Assembly (NCBI GenBank): GCA_963737265.1 | Contig: CAVTRY010000007.1 | Location: 256,001 to 320,000, forward strand | DNA from: an uncultured delta proteobacterium | GTDB taxonomy: Bacteria; Myxococcota_A; Polyangia; Fen-1088 | Direction of reading: 5' to 3' | DNA length: 64,000 bases | Shown here: piece after piece, positions 62,287-64,000 of the stretch | Layout: the number at the start of each line of letters is the position of its first letter | Numbering within the stretch: the first letter of the stretch is position 1 | The notes under the pieces: generated by a model | Database searches by the model: none | What the model was told of the DNA's origin: nothing | The model's input: the letters and a program-made list of their open reading frames with translations, nothing else | Program-made: the position numbers and the translations under genes

Positions 62287-62952
62287 CTACTCGCTCAGAC
62301 TTTCGAGTGTGTTCCGGTCAAGGATACGCAGGCGTTTGTCGTCGATCAGCTCGACCACGCCGTTGTCGGCCAGCTTGCGCAGTACGCGCGAGAAGGTTTC
62401 GCTGGTCAGGTTGAGCTGCGAGGCAATGTGTTTCTTGAGCCCGGCGAGTCCCACCCCACCGCGCGCGTCCTGGCCGGCCTGGAGAATGTGGCGGGCCACG
62501 CGGCCGCTGGCGTCGCGCAAGGCGATGTCTTCGATGAGGTCGGTCAAGCGGCGCACCCAGTGACTCATGCCCACGAGCAGCTCCAGGCAAAACGCGTGCT
62601 CCTCGCGAAGCATGGCCAGGATCGCCGTCGCCGGCAGTAGCGCACACTGCGCGGCTTGCGTGACCTCGGCGTAAGCCGGGCACGGGAAGCCCCCGATGAC
62701 CGCGACCTCGGCAAAGGTTTGCCCGGCGCCCGCCATGTGCAGCGTGTGCTCTTTGCCGCCCGCGCCGATCCGGTACACGCGCACAACGCCGCTGCCCACG
62801 CAGTAAATTCCGGGACAGGGATCCTCTTGCCGGAAAACCAGCGTGCCCGCCGCGAAGGTCACCCTGCGCGCCATGTCCACCAGCCGGCGCTTGTGCGCCG
62901 GGCTGACGTCGTGAAAAAGCGAGCAGGCTGAGATGATGGCGCCCTTGTCCAT
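62287..62952 (-). CDS. Crp/Fnr family regulator (HcpR/Dnr-like)
   Basis: cNMP-binding domain and LTSETFSR HTH; divergent from hcp. Confidence 0.9.
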   Translation of the reverse strand: MDKGAIISACSLFHDVSPAHKRRLVDMARRVTFAAGTLVFRQEDPCPGIYCVGSGVVRVYRIGAGGKEHTLHMAGAGQTFAEVAVIGGFPCPAYAEVTQAAQCALLPATAILAMLREEHAFCLELLVGMSHWVRRLTDLIEDIALRDASGRVARHILQAGQDARGGVGLAGLKKHIASQLNLTSETFSRVLRKLADNGVVELIDDKRLRILDRNTLESLSE

Positions 62953-62974
62953 GGCGCGAAGAATGCGCGGGCGC

Positions 62975-62988
62975 TTGATCCAGATCAA
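62975..62988. promoter_or_regulatory. FNR/DNR/HcpR box TTGAT-N4-ATCAA
   Basis: Perfect consensus TTGATCCAGATCAA between the regulator and hcp. Confidence 0.9.
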
Positions 62989-63051
62989 GGCGCCCAGCAC
63001 GTGAAATTGCCATCGTGGGGCATACCACCACCTACCAAAGGAGATCGCCCC

Positions 63052-64000
63052 ATGTTCTGCAATCAATGTGAGCAATTCAGCCGCGGCTGCGCCAGCGCGG
63101 GACCCGGAGTCTGCGGCAAGGATCCGGACGTGCAGTCGCTGCAGGAAACCATTCTGTTCGGCCTCAAAGGCATGGCTGCCTATGCGCACCACGCGCGCCG
63201 CCTGGGCATGGTCGACGAAACCGTGAACGCCTTCATGGAGGAAGCGCTCTTCGCCACCATGACCAACGTGAACTTCGACCTCGCGTCCCTGTTCCAGATC
63301 GCCATGGAGCTCGGCAAGGCGAACTTGCGCGTGATGCAGATGCTGGACGCGGGTCACGTGAAACGATTCGGTCAGCCCTCGCCCCTCGAGGTTTCGGAAG
63401 GCACGCAGGCGGGACCCGGCATCCTCATCACCGGCCACGACCTGGTCGACCTCGACGACCTGCTTCGCCAGTGCAGCGGTACCGACGTCAAGGTCTACAC
63501 CCACGGCGAGATGCTGCCGGCGCACATGTACCCGAAGCTTCGCAACCACCCGAACCTGGCCGGACACTTCGGCGGCGCCTGGCAGAACCAGCGCAGCGAG
63601 TTCGCTGCCTTTTCGGGCCCCGTGCTCGCCACCACCAACTGTGTGGTCATCCCGCCGCAAAGCTACGCCGGCCGTTTCTTCACCACGCGCGTGACCGCCG
63701 TGCCGGGCGGCACGCGCCTCGCCAGCAACGATTTCTCCGCGGTCATCGCCAAGGCCAAGGCGTGTCCGCCCCTGCAGAGGCCGGGCCTATCAAGAGGTCG
63801 ACCGTCGGTTTCCACCACTCGGCGATTTTGGCCCTGGCCCCCACCATCGTGGACGCTGTCAAGGCCGGCAAGATCAGCCGCTTCTTCGTCATCGGCGGCT
63901 GCGACGGCGCTGAAGCCGGCCGCAACTACTTCGCCGATTACGCTAAGCTGACCCCGCCCGACTCGTTCATCCTGACCCTCGGCTGCGGCAAGTTCCGCAT
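63052..64000 (+). CDS. hcp: Hydroxylamine reductase / hybrid cluster protein (partial, frameshift near 63775)
   Basis: MFCNQCEQ...GVCGK, GHDL, YTHGEMLPAH, TTNC; GGCDG and GCGK lie in the shifted frame. Confidence 0.93.

Overview
GC-rich bacterial DNA, inferred to be Myxococcota/Polyangia-like from its zinc-ribbon-TPR proteins, MYXO-CTERM-like motif and Cys-rich lipoproteins. 1-4.6 kb: nuoA-B-C-D-H-I on the minus strand, with no nuoEFG in this block. 4.7-15.6 kb: AI-2E transporter, repeat-containing TPR protein, a run of broken secreted-protein genes and a serpin. 15.8-35.9 kb: mostly housekeeping genes (miaB, LMW-PTP, a fructosamine kinase split by an IS, cobQ, glmU, ilvE, UDP-GlcA decarboxylase, a VKOR/thioredoxin module). 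35.9-56.2 kb is the notable region. A marR-hlyD-emrB efflux operon is followed by a four-cassette integron array: HEPN-like protein, NspV-like restriction-modification pair, small secreted protein, and UDG-like plus secreted protein. The array has attC sites, an attI and a truncated intI oriented the same way as the cassettes. One attC is split by a group IIC intron in the unusual top-strand orientation. The array lies between two 1.3-kb copies of emrB, each followed by IS91-family remnants, which resembles ISCR-type rolling-circle capture. An IS21 element, a mosaic of gene scraps and a third IS91 remnant follow. The window ends with a Crp/Fnr regulator, a perfect FNR box and hcp. All family assignments come from motif recognition by eye; no database searches were run.
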